Of a DNA stretch of 35,687 nucleotides, positions 24,554-33,876 are shown in pieces. The notes below the pieces were generated by a model. The model was not told the origin of the DNA, ran no database searches, and saw only the letters and a program-made list of their open reading frames with translations. Position 1 is the stretch's first letter. The number at the start of each line of letters is the position of its first letter. Source of the DNA: a virus; the IMG/VR virus record IMGVR_UViG_3300027566_000018, positions 1-35,687 of that record; one strand, 5' to 3'. A program made the position numbers and the translations under genes.

Positions 24554-25141
24554 ATGGCGGCGAAAAAGTCAGCACCCGGCGGGACCACTCCCCCCGCCAC
24601 TCCCCCCGATATGGAGTCGATGACCCCGGCGGAGCGGGCAAAGTTCCTCTACAAGGCGTCGCAGCCCGCCCGCGACAAGCGTCGGGCCGATGAGGAGGCC
24701 GCACGCCGGGCCGAAGAGCAGGCCCTCCGGCTCCAGAACGAGCAGGACCTCGCCGAGCTCGCCATGCTCCGCAGGCGCGTGGTCTCCGCGTACGAGGACG
24801 TCCCGCTCTCGAACGGCGATACGATCCGCGTCCGGACCGGTCTCGCACAGGACGAGCTCGAGTATCTCATCACGCTCATCGCCGAGGCCGACCGCATCCG
24901 TGCTCAGGCTCGCACGGAGAAGCGTGCGCTCACCCCCGACGAGGGCGAGGCCATCGATGAGATCGAGCGGCGGAAGGTCGAGGTGATCACCTACAACGAC
25001 CTCATCACGGCCGACTGGCTCCGTGAGCATCCGAACGACGTCCCGATCGTCGACCTCATGACCGCCTACCACCGGGTCATGCCCCTGATCGGTCAGGTGG
25101 CTGCAAAGCCCCAGGTGGCCGCCCGCTTTCGCGACCAGTAG
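24554..25141 (+). CDS. Tail assembly chaperone (G-like)
   Basis: Between tail tube and tape measure; helical; ends CGC TTT CGC GAC CAG TAG. Confidence 0.75.
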   Translation: MAAKKSAPGGTTPPATPPDMESMTPAERAKFLYKASQPARDKRRADEEAARRAEEQALRLQNEQDLAELAMLRRRVVSAYEDVPLSNGDTIRVRTGLAQDELEYLITLIAEADRIRAQARTEKRALTPDEGEAIDEIERRKVEVITYNDLITADWLREHPNDVPIVDLMTAYHRVMPLIGQVAAKPQVAARFRDQ

Positions 25142-25277
25142 GACCGGCAGGCGCTACGGCGCCATGCTGCACCACCTGGGGCTGACCGATATCGAGGCCT
25201 TCTGGCGACTCCCGGAGGCCTCGCAACGCTACTGGTGGGCCTACTTCGAGATGCCCGACTTCGACTGGAGCAGATAA
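25128..25277 (+). CDS. +1-frame extension of the chaperone (GT-like), reached by putative programmed frameshift
   Basis: FATSRTGRRYGAMLHHLGLTDIEAFWRLPEASQRYWWAYFEMPDFDWSR (49 aa); its TAA overlaps the tape-measure ATG. Confidence 0.72.
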   Translation, partial: FATSRTGRRYGAMLHHLGLTDIEAFWRLPEASQRYWWAYFEMPDFDWSR

Positions 25278-28200
25278 TGGTAGGCGTACTCGGCGAGGCG
25301 ATGAACCTCGTCTTCAGCATCGTCGCGAAGGACGAGACCCGGGCGGGACTCGGCACGGCAACCGCCGGGCTGCGGACCGTCAAGGGCGCGGCCGACGAGG
25401 CCGGCAGCGCAGCCGACCTGATGTCGGGCAAGTTCGGACGGGCCGCAACCGCCATCGCCGCCTCCGCCACGGCCGTCGCGGGCGGCATCACGCTCGTCAC
25501 GGCTCGGGCGAAGGAGGTCAATTCTCAACTGGACGCGATCGCCCTCTCCACGGGCAACTCCTCGGAGGAGATGCGGGCGCTCGCGAGATCCCTTCAGGAC
25601 GTCTCGTTCTCCTACGACGAGGTCGTTCAGACATTCCAGACCGCCGAGAGTTACGGCGTGCGAGGAGGGGCGGCGTTCAAGCAGATCGCCTCCGATGCCG
25701 ACACCCTCGCCGACGCGATCCACGCCTCCGCCCCCGAGTCGGCCGCCACGCTCCTGCAGATCGGTGAAGCCTTCGAGCTCAACGCCGGAAAAGCCGGCGA
25801 GCTCAAGGATGCGATCGCCGTCGCGGTCCGCTCCGGACAGACCGACCTCGGCGAGCTCGCACGGCTCACCGGACGGAGCGGTGAGGCGTTCGACGACCTC
25901 AACCTCTCGGCCGTAGACATGGTCGCGACCTGGGTCGCCCTCAAGCGCGAAGGAGCCGGGTCGAGGACCGCCCTCCGGGACATCGCACAGGCGGCCACCT
26001 CGGCCGCCGCCGCGCAGCAGACCTGGACCGACTCGATGGACGAGGCGATCGCCACGCAGGCCGACCTCACCGAGCGGATCGCCGACACCTCGGACCAGCT
26101 CGGCGACATGGGCCGGCAGATCGCGGCGTCCGAGCGCTCGATCGCCGACTACACCGAACAGATCGCCGAGCAGGAGCAGACCGTCGCCGATCTCGCGGCC
26201 GCCTACGAAGCGTCCACGACGAACACGGACGAGTTCGCGGCCGCCTACGCCCAGGTCACGGCTCAGGCAGACAGCCTGACCGCCTCCCTCGCCTCGGAGG
26301 AGCAGCAGCTCGCCTCCCTCGCCGGGCAGCTGGCCGAGGCCCGGCAGGCGCACGCAGACCTCACCGACCAGTACGCCTCGACCGCACAGGAGATCTCGAG
26401 GCTCGAGGCAGAGTACGCGACGGCCGTCACGGCCAACGACTACTTCGCCGAGGCGCTCGAACGGGCGACCTCCGACCTCGAGCGGGCCGAGGCCGCCTAC
26501 TCCTCGAACGCCGATCGAATCGCCGACTACCGCGAGCAGCTCGTCGACCTCGACGCCGCCTATCAGGACCTCGTCGAGGACCAGGCCGACGCTGCCACGG
26601 CCATCGAGAGACTCCGGGTCGAGCAGGCCCGGCAGCTGACGACCGTCACCACGCTCGAGGAGGAGTACCGGCAGCTCGCTGCGTCGACCGAGATCGTGGA
26701 CGAGGCCGAGAAGAAGCACGTCGCCGAGCTCGAGAGTCTGGAGAACCAGTACGACCGCGTCAGCGGGTCGCTCGACGACTACACGGAAAAACTCGAGAAG
26801 AACGCCCGGCAGCGCCAGGAGATCCTTCGGGACCTCGACGACGAGAACGAGACCCTCGCCGAGCTGCAGGCCGAGTACGACATGCTCACCTCTGCGCAGA
26901 ACGCGCAGGGCGGGCAGCTCTACGTCGACCCGGCAACGATGGACGCGCTCCGGGAGAAGATCGAGGCGTCCAAAGAGCGCGTCGACGACCTCACCTATTC
27001 GGCGGGAGAGAACGCCGACCAGCAGAAAGACCTGACGGCCGACCTCGCCGCCGCCCGGGCCGAGCAGGCCCGCCTCGCGCAGGAGCTCGCGAGCACCCGT
27101 GCGAACACCGACTGGTATACCGAGGCCGTCACAAAGCAGGCCGAGGCGCTTGCAGCCCTCGGGGACCGTCTCGGCGATGCCCGGGAGCGGTACGCCGACT
27201 ACAACGACCGGATCGACGACGCCCGGCAGCGGTTCGAGGAGTTCGCCGGCAAACTCGCCGACAACCGCGAGGCGGTCCAGCAGACGAACCGGGACCTCGC
27301 GACCGCGGCCGGGACGTCGAACGACCTCGCCACGGCCGTCGCCCGCGCCCGGCGAGACGTCGCCGAGTTCGGAGACGCCGCCTACACCGCGGCCGCAGGT
27401 CTCTCTCCCTACCAGGAGGCCCTCGCCAAAACACAGGATCGGGCACAGCGGGTGCAGGACGAGCTCGGCAATGCCCGGGACCGACTCGCCGACCTCGGGC
27501 AGCAGATCGCCGATAACGAGGGCTCGCAGGCGAAGCTCGTCTCGGATATGGAGACGGGTCGGCAGAAGATCGCCGACTACCGGACCGAGCTCGAGAAGGT
27601 CCAGTCCGAACTCCAGAAGTTCCGGGACGCGCACAAGGACATCGTCAAGGACGTCTCGCCCTTCGAGGAGGCACAGGCGCGGACGACGCAGAAGATCCAG
27701 GATGCGGCAACGGCGTACAAAGACGGCGTCGACCGTCTCGGGGACCTCAGGCAGGCCCGTGCCGACGAGGTCACGAACCTCTCCGAGTATCGTGAGGACT
27801 ACGAGAAGCTGAATACGAAACTCCGCGACCACCGCGACGCCCTCGACGAGGTCATCGGAAAGATCCGGACCCTCAACGCCAATCCCCCAGGGGCACCGAA
27901 GGATGAGTTCTACCAGTCCCTCGGGCTCACCCCCGAGCAGATCGCAGGCATCAGACAAGAGCTCGAGCAGCCCGGCGCGGCCGAGAGGTTCGCCGGCGAG
28001 GAGAACAAGCGGTACACCACGGCAGACCAGGCGAAATCGTGGTTGGACAAACTGATCGTCGACCTGGGGACGACGCTCGAGCCGCTCGAGCCGCTCGCCT
28101 CCCTCGCGACGATGGGCTTCAGCGCGGCGACATCGTTCGGCCTCCTGAAGCTTCTGACCGGCGGCGGGCTCGGAGCGGCGGCGACCGCGGGCGGGGCGAC

Positions 28201-30247
28201 ACAGACGACCCTCGCCGCGTTCGGGATGGGCGAGACGGCAGCCGCGGCAGCCGGCGGAGCGGGGGCCTCCGTGATCGGGGGCGGCATCGCTGCGACCGGG
28301 ATAGGGAGCTACCTCGGCTCCCAGCTCGGGCCGCTCGGCTCCCTGGCGGCGTTCGGCCCGGTCGCCGGGCCCGCCGTCGGGATATCCGGCACGGTCACGA
28401 AACCATTCTGGGACCTCGTCGAACGGGCACTCACGGGGCAGGACCTGGAGTTCGGGTTCGGCACCACCTTCAAGACGCCGACCGGGGACGTCGACATCAT
28501 CAAGCTCCTGACCGGCGGCATGGTCGAGACCGGCCGGGCCGGCGAGGTGATCCCGTGGACTGCGACGATCGATCCGACGATCACCGGGGGCATGGAGATC
28601 ACCAGGGCCACGAACGCCGAGATCGACGACGGCCTCGCCCGGGTCCCCGGAGAGTCCGAGAAGGCCTACCTGACGAGAGTCGCCGGCACGGCCGACGATC
28701 AGGGCTCGGTCTTCGGCTCGGCGAACTCACTCATCGTCAACGGGATCGCGCGGATTCCGGGCGAGACCGATAAGCAGTACCTGACCAGGATCGCGGCCTC
28801 GGCCGATGACCGGGGCACGGTCTACGGCTCGGCGTCCTCCCTGATCTCGACGCAGTCCACCCGTCTCCCGGGCGAGTCCGAACGGGACTACCTGACGCGG
28901 ATCGCCGGGCAGGCCGACGACGACGGCACGATCTACCGCAGCGCGGACGATCTGCTCACGATGCAGACTCGGAGGATCCCCGGGGAGTCCGACAGAGACT
29001 ACCTGACCAGGATTGCAGCCACGGCCGACGACGACGGGAGCATCTTCGACACGGCCGACACGGTCATCTTCAACGGCCTGGCCCGGATCCCGGGAGAGTC
29101 CGACCGGGACTACCTGACCCGGATCGCCGGCACGGCGAACGACAACGGCACCATCGGGACCTCGGGCAACAGCGCGGTCACAGAGGGGCTCAAGGTCATC
29201 CCGAAGGAGAGCACCCTCGACTTCAGGACCACGATCAACGGCATGGTCACGAACGCGGGCGACTGGTGGTCCGGGATCATGACCTCGCTCTCGAGCGGCT
29301 GGCAGTCCCTCAGCCAGTGGGTGAGCGAGCACAACCCCTTTGTCGCGAGCGCCGGCGGGGTCACGCCCCTCAGCGCGGGGGGTGCAGCCGGAACGACGCC
29401 GGTCGTAAACCCGCAGCAGTATGCAGCCGCGGCCGGCCCGGGGGTGCCTGCCGGCTCGTATATCGACCCCACGACCGGCAGGACGATCGTCCCGGCCGAT
29501 CCCACATACGACCCGACCTTCGCCGCTCAGGTAGCGAGCGGATCGGCCGGGACCGCAACCGGTTACGGGGGGGTCGGCAACACCCCCGCCGACAACTACA
29601 CGCCGGCCGCCCGCCCGACCGGCCCGGCGAACCCCGACGCCGGCGCGAGGCCGGGCGACCCCGGGGTCTCGTACGGCGGGACCGTGGCCGCCGACACGAC
29701 GCCGGCCCCGATGATCCAGGTGATCCTCTCCCCGACCTCGGGAGGCGCCCCGCTCACCGTGACCTGCATGGCCGAGACGATGAATGCGACGGCCGTGCAG
29801 TGGCGGTTCGGCGACGGCGCGATGGGTACCGGCGCGAGGACCTCGCATACGTTCTACAAGGCCGGGTCGTACGAGGTCGTCGGGACCGCGATCGGGCCGA
29901 CCGGGAAGCAGGCCCTCGCGTCCGCGACGGTCACGGTCACGGGCGGGAGCTCGGGCCGGGCCGGAACCGTCCCGCGGTTCCACGACGGCGGGACGTTCGA
30001 GGCCCCGCCGGGAGAGACCGAGGGGATCGCGGTCCTGAAGGCCGGCGAGAAGGTCCAGACCGCCGAGCAGGCATCCCTCGGCAGCACGGGTGAGATCGTC
30101 ACCCTCCTCCGGGAGATCAAGGCCCTCCTGTCCCAGGGACAGGCGGTCGACGTGAACGTGAAGGCCGACTGGGGGACCGTGGTGGACCGGGTCGTCCGCG
30201 CGGGCACGGACGCCAACAACAGGGGCGGCGTCCGGAGGAGCTCATGA
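25277..30247 (+). CDS. Tape measure protein (1656 aa) with C-terminal repeats and PKD domain
   Basis: TAATG start at 25277; NLVFSIVAKDET N-terminus; long heptad region; PKD-like SPTSGGAPLTV...WRFGDG...SHTFYKAGSYEV; RFHDGG...AVLKAGEKV motif. Confidence 0.92.
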   Translation: MVGVLGEAMNLVFSIVAKDETRAGLGTATAGLRTVKGAADEAGSAADLMSGKFGRAATAIAASATAVAGGITLVTARAKEVNSQLDAIALSTGNSSEEMRALARSLQDVSFSYDEVVQTFQTAESYGVRGGAAFKQIASDADTLADAIHASAPESAATLLQIGEAFELNAGKAGELKDAIAVAVRSGQTDLGELARLTGRSGEAFDDLNLSAVDMVATWVALKREGAGSRTALRDIAQAATSAAAAQQTWTDSMDEAIATQADLTERIADTSDQLGDMGRQIAASERSIADYTEQIAEQEQTVADLAAAYEASTTNTDEFAAAYAQVTAQADSLTASLASEEQQLASLAGQLAEARQAHADLTDQYASTAQEISRLEAEYATAVTANDYFAEALERATSDLERAEAAYSSNADRIADYREQLVDLDAAYQDLVEDQADAATAIERLRVEQARQLTTVTTLEEEYRQLAASTEIVDEAEKKHVAELESLENQYDRVSGSLDDYTEKLEKNARQRQEILRDLDDENETLAELQAEYDMLTSAQNAQGGQLYVDPATMDALREKIEASKERVDDLTYSAGENADQQKDLTADLAAARAEQARLAQELASTRANTDWYTEAVTKQAEALAALGDRLGDARERYADYNDRIDDARQRFEEFAGKLADNREAVQQTNRDLATAAGTSNDLATAVARARRDVAEFGDAAYTAAAGLSPYQEALAKTQDRAQRVQDELGNARDRLADLGQQIADNEGSQAKLVSDMETGRQKIADYRTELEKVQSELQKFRDAHKDIVKDVSPFEEAQARTTQKIQDAATAYKDGVDRLGDLRQARADEVTNLSEYREDYEKLNTKLRDHRDALDEVIGKIRTLNANPPGAPKDEFYQSLGLTPEQIAGIRQELEQPGAAERFAGEENKRYTTADQAKSWLDKLIVDLGTTLEPLEPLASLATMGFSAATSFGLLKLLTGGGLGAAATAGGATQTTLAAFGMGETAAAAAGGAGASVIGGGIAATGIGSYLGSQLGPLGSLAAFGPVAGPAVGISGTVTKPFWDLVERALTGQDLEFGFGTTFKTPTGDVDIIKLLTGGMVETGRAGEVIPWTATIDPTITGGMEITRATNAEIDDGLARVPGESEKAYLTRVAGTADDQGSVFGSANSLIVNGIARIPGETDKQYLTRIAASADDRGTVYGSASSLISTQSTRLPGESERDYLTRIAGQADDDGTIYRSADDLLTMQTRRIPGESDRDYLTRIAATADDDGSIFDTADTVIFNGLARIPGESDRDYLTRIAGTANDNGTIGTSGNSAVTEGLKVIPKESTLDFRTTINGMVTNAGDWWSGIMTSLSSGWQSLSQWVSEHNPFVASAGGVTPLSAGGAAGTTPVVNPQQYAAAAGPGVPAGSYIDPTTGRTIVPADPTYDPTFAAQVASGSAGTATGYGGVGNTPADNYTPAARPTGPANPDAGARPGDPGVSYGGTVAADTTPAPMIQVILSPTSGGAPLTVTCMAETMNATAVQWRFGDGAMGTGARTSHTFYKAGSYEVVGTAIGPTGKQALASATVTVTGGSSGRAGTVPRFHDGGTFEAPPGETEGIAVLKAGEKVQTAEQASLGSTGEIVTLLREIKALLSQGQAVDVNVKADWGTVVDRVVRAGTDANNRGGVRRSS
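28640..29194 (+). repeat. Five 111-nt (37-aa) tandem repeats in the tape measure gene
   Basis: R(I/V/L)PGE(S/T)xxxYLTR(I/V)AxxADDxG units start at 28640, 28751, 28862, 28973 and 29084. Confidence 0.9.
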
Positions 30248-30582
30248 GCGACGTGGTGATCTCATTCGAGGGGGTGGAGTTGAAGAACGTCAGCCCCCGC
30301 AAACGCAGGACCGCCGCCGGGAAGAAGAAGAAGCTCCTCTCCGGCGGCTACAACATCCAGTTTTCGGACTCTGAGATGTTCGAAGAGACGTTCAGCTGCT
30401 ACACGACCGATTACGCCGACATCCTCGCGATCAAGGCGAAGAAGAGCGTGATCGGCCGGCTCGTCATCACGGACCCGAACGACCCCCTCGACATCCGGAA
30501 CGTCGCGATCACCGAGGACATCGACGAGAATCCTGTCGGCCTCGGCTGGACCTACGACGTGACTTTTACCCAGACGGTATGA
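30244..30582 (+). CDS. Distal tail (Dit-like) protein, putative
   Basis: 112 aa directly after the TMP; beta-rich; ends WTYDVTFTQ. Confidence 0.55.
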   Translation: MSDVVISFEGVELKNVSPRKRRTAAGKKKKLLSGGYNIQFSDSEMFEETFSCYTTDYADILAIKAKKSVIGRLVITDPNDPLDIRNVAITEDIDENPVGLGWTYDVTFTQTV

Positions 30583-30618
30583 CATCATGACACACCATCA
30601 GCAGACTGGAGGCACCGG

Positions 30619-31005
30619 ATGACCATCGGCGGCACGCTCACGACGGCCGCCCGGCTCGTCCTCGCGGGACAGGTCAACGGCTCCGACGCAACGACGTTTA
30701 CCTACTTCGCGCTCGACGCCTCGGACGCCGAGGAGAGCGCGGACCACACGGGCCCGCAGAGCGAGATCACCGGCAGCCTCGGGAGGATCCCGGCCGTCTG
30801 CTCGGTCGAGGCCCCGGATCGAACGGTATTTGCCGCGACGATCACCCCGACGGTCCAGATCACCATCAAGGCCCTCTGCATCATGTCGGCCGCGACCGGG
30901 GGCACCATGCTGATCAGGGGCGTGCTCGCCACGCCCATGACGATACCGGCCGGCACCGCGCGAGACCTGCTCTGGAAGATCGGCAACGTCCAGGGGACCC
31001 TCTGA
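30619..31005 (+). CDS. Tail-collar / fibre-base-like protein
   Basis: GGAGG RBS; TFTYFALD...SEITGSLGRI...IKALCIMSAATGGTMLIR pattern. Confidence 0.55.
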   Translation: MTIGGTLTTAARLVLAGQVNGSDATTFTYFALDASDAEESADHTGPQSEITGSLGRIPAVCSVEAPDRTVFAATITPTVQITIKALCIMSAATGGTMLIRGVLATPMTIPAGTARDLLWKIGNVQGTL

Positions 31006-33389
31006 TGGCTCGTCACGTCCTCAAGCCGGCGGTACGCGCCTCACCCCGGGCCTATCTGGCCCTCCCTCTCAACGCGACCGACCTGACCCTCACCGTCGGA
31101 GAGGGACAGGGAGCGCGGTTCACGGCCTCCGGACGGCTGACCATCGGCCTCAAATCCACGGACGATCCCGAGACCTGCGACATCGTCTCGATCGTCGGAG
31201 ACGTGATCACCCTCGAGGCCCGGGCGGCAAACGCTCAGGAGTGGCCGCAGGGCACCGAGCTCGCGCGGGTTTGGACCGAGAGGGACTGGGCGGAGACGAT
31301 CGACAACGACCAGGATCACGAGGATCGCATCCTCGACCTGGAGAGGACGACCGGCACCGCCGCGGAGAGCCTCGCTCAGTTCGATTGCGTCACGCCCGGA
31401 TACGGGGGATGGGTCAAAGCCTGCAGCGATGACCCCTCGAACGCCACGGGCCCGCTCGCGATCGCGCTCGAGGCGATCGACGACGGTGAGACCGGCCCCC
31501 TCCTCCTCCAGGGAGTTGTGCATAACCCGGCCTGGAACGTTTTTGCCTCGCCGGGGATGGCCCTGATCGTCTCGACCACGACCCCCGGGGCCCTTGAATG
31601 GGCCTCCGGCACCGGCCGCATGACGCGGATCGTCGGGTTCGTGGTCGATGGGACCGGAACGATCTACTGGAACCCGGCATCCGAGGACGAGACCCGCCAC
31701 TACGAGGGGCCGGTGGTCCTCCCGTGGGAGGACGCCGGAGAGGCGATCGCGGTGAACCAGGTCGTTCATCTCGCCTCGTCCGGGGTCTGGATGCTCGCGA
31801 AGGCCGACAGCCTCGCGAACTGCTCGGGGCCGATCGGGATCGCCGTGACGCCCGGGGTCTCAGAAGAGCAATTCCAGGTTATGGTCGCCGGATATATGTG
31901 GAGCGGGCCGAGCGGACTCGACCCCGGCCCCGTCTATATCTCGGCCGCGACGGCAGGGGCAGTCACGCAGACCGCGCCCGAGATCCGCCGGGTCCTCGGA
32001 TATGCGGGAACGTATCGGGATCTGATTGTGGCCCCCGCGCCGGAACCGAGCTTCGACGGGTCAGTCCTCGCAGCAGCCGGGGCGCAATCGCTCGCCCCCC
32101 TGATCTGGTACCGCGTGGTCTCCTCGTCGGGCGGGAATATGTGGGGTCCGGTCGACGACGACGACGCCACGGCCTGGACGGAACTGCTCGGGATCACGCT
32201 GACCACCGCAGCCAGCGGGGGGGTCGGGATCAGGGTTCACATGGCCGGCCCGCTCACCGTCCCCGGGTTCTCCGGGGCCGTCGGGGCCCGCCTCTACATC
32301 GGGAACGGCGGGGCCCTGGCCACGACCCCGGGGACCTGCGGACGAGCGATCGGGTTCTGCCTTGGGGGGGATCGGATATACTTCGATCAGGACTGGCTCT
32401 ACCGGCCGCTGCGGATCGCGGACGGCGGGACCGGCACGACCTCAGCCCCCGACGACGGCGAGGTCCTGATCGGGTCGGGCGGGGCCTATGTCCAGCGGGC
32501 CCTGACGGCCGCCGACGCCGGCGCCGCACCGGCCGCGAAGGGAGTCACGAACGGGGACAGCCACGACCACAGCGGAGGAGACGGGGGACAGATCGCGTAC
32601 TCTGGCCTCTCCGGGGTCCCGTCCACGTTCGCCCCCTCGGCCCACAAGACCAGCCACGCGACGGCTGGGGGAGATGCGATCGCCCCGGCCGACATCGGAG
32701 CCGCGACGAGCGACCACGACCACGCCGGGACCTATCTCCCGGTCGAGGTCCTCGCGACCGGGTCGAACCGTGCAACCGAGGCGATCGCCGCCGACCAGGT
32801 CGTTTTCTACGCCGGCGGGGGTATGTGGTCCATCGCTGACCGCGCGAACGCCGACCTCCTGACCGCCACGATCGGGATCGCGGTCACCGCGACCACGGGC
32901 GGAGGCCAGGATCTTACGGTCCAGCTCGGGGGCATCAAGAGCATTACCGGGTTCAGCGGGACCGCCGGCCTCCCGGTCTATATCGGGGCTGCGGGGGCCG
33001 TCGTCCAGTACCAGACGGGCGAATACACGCGCCGAGAGCTGGGGATATCGCTCGGCGGGACCCTGGTCCTCCTGACGCGGCCGAACGCCCCCGAGCCGGC
33101 CCGCCTCCACTCACACACCTACACGGCCACGGGGGCCCTCGTCGCAGGGACCCACATCGCCCTGGTGGACGCCACCGCCGGGGCAGTCGTGATCACCCTG
33201 CCGGCCCCGCAGGGGGGAACCCTCGGCCAGACCTTCGTCCTGAAGAAGATCGACGCCTCAGCGAACGGGGTATCCTTCACCTCCGGAGGCTCGCCCACGA
33301 TCGACGGGAGCACCTCGACGACGCCGATCACGACGCAGTACGGGACGATCCGGGTCATCTCGGATGGGGCGAACTGGTGGATCGTATGA
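31005..33389 (+). CDS. Fibre/minor structural protein with four cement-like (DUF2190-type) repeats and an HxH segment
   Basis: Four A.E.(I/L)A...V...G.W...GI units; GGTG motif; HDH repeats; C-terminal TLP...KKIDASAN...IDG...QYG...SDGANW domain. Confidence 0.8.
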   Translation: MARHVLKPAVRASPRAYLALPLNATDLTLTVGEGQGARFTASGRLTIGLKSTDDPETCDIVSIVGDVITLEARAANAQEWPQGTELARVWTERDWAETIDNDQDHEDRILDLERTTGTAAESLAQFDCVTPGYGGWVKACSDDPSNATGPLAIALEAIDDGETGPLLLQGVVHNPAWNVFASPGMALIVSTTTPGALEWASGTGRMTRIVGFVVDGTGTIYWNPASEDETRHYEGPVVLPWEDAGEAIAVNQVVHLASSGVWMLAKADSLANCSGPIGIAVTPGVSEEQFQVMVAGYMWSGPSGLDPGPVYISAATAGAVTQTAPEIRRVLGYAGTYRDLIVAPAPEPSFDGSVLAAAGAQSLAPLIWYRVVSSSGGNMWGPVDDDDATAWTELLGITLTTAASGGVGIRVHMAGPLTVPGFSGAVGARLYIGNGGALATTPGTCGRAIGFCLGGDRIYFDQDWLYRPLRIADGGTGTTSAPDDGEVLIGSGGAYVQRALTAADAGAAPAAKGVTNGDSHDHSGGDGGQIAYSGLSGVPSTFAPSAHKTSHATAGGDAIAPADIGAATSDHDHAGTYLPVEVLATGSNRATEAIAADQVVFYAGGGMWSIADRANADLLTATIGIAVTATTGGGQDLTVQLGGIKSITGFSGTAGLPVYIGAAGAVVQYQTGEYTRRELGISLGGTLVLLTRPNAPEPARLHSHTYTATGALVAGTHIALVDATAGAVVITLPAPQGGTLGQTFVLKKIDASANGVSFTSGGSPTIDGSTSTTPITTQYGTIRVISDGANWWIV

Positions 33390-33577
33390 CGGCGCCAATC
33401 TGGGGCGAGTTCGTCTGGGGGGATTTCATCTGGGGAGGGCCGGCCGACCCGTCGGATCGTGATTTCGCGCTGACAGTCCTGGACCTCCTCGAATCCCCGA
33501 TGGGCCGACCGACCCGCCTCGACGGGCTCGCCTCGCCGATCGGCGTCCCGACCATCCTGGAGTTGATACCCGCATGA
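33386..33577 (+). CDS. Small structural protein with WGxFxWG repeat
   Basis: ATG at 33386; IWGEFVWGDFIWGG; coupled on both sides. Confidence 0.65.
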   Translation: MTAPIWGEFVWGDFIWGGPADPSDRDFALTVLDLLESPMGRPTRLDGLASPIGVPTILELIPA

Positions 33578-33876
33578 CGAACCCGAAGATCTACGTCGGA
33601 ACGATCGGCGCCGACGTCGAGATCCTGTCACATGCCGACCTCGTGACCGGGGTTCTCTCGGTTGCGATCACCGTCCAGAAGCCGTCCGGAGCGACGGCGA
33701 ACTGGACCCCGGACACGATCGACGAGGACGGAACGATCCACTATCAGACCCGGTCCGGAGACCTCGACGAGGCCGGGATTTACACCTTGCAACCGGTGGC
33801 AACGATGACGAATGAGAACCTCTGGCCGCTCGGGGCGGCCCAATGGAAGATCTGGCCCCGCTTCGGAGGCTACTGA
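33574..33876 (+). CDS. BppU-like baseplate/fibre-attachment protein
   Basis: ITVQKPSG...DGTIHYQTRSGDLDEAGIYTLQ. Confidence 0.65.
   Translation: MTNPKIYVGTIGADVEILSHADLVTGVLSVAITVQKPSGATANWTPDTIDEDGTIHYQTRSGDLDEAGIYTLQPVATMTNENLWPLGAAQWKIWPRFGGY

Noticed and set aside
25235-25276. ORF-track start of the tape measure at 25235
   Set aside because: The TAATG overlap at 25275-25279 gives a better start at 25277; the upstream bases belong to the +1 extension.
25139-25277. Amber (pyrrolysine-type) read-through fusing the chaperone to the in-frame tape measure
   Set aside because: The zero frame is open, but its codons (CTA, CAT, CGA, GCT) are atypical. The +1 frame has normal codon use and a coupled stop. 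No pyl genes are seen.
28640-29194. CRISPR-like periodic repeat
   Set aside because: The period of 111 nt is a multiple of 3, lies inside a CDS and shows synonymous variation; there are no invariant repeats with unique spacers.
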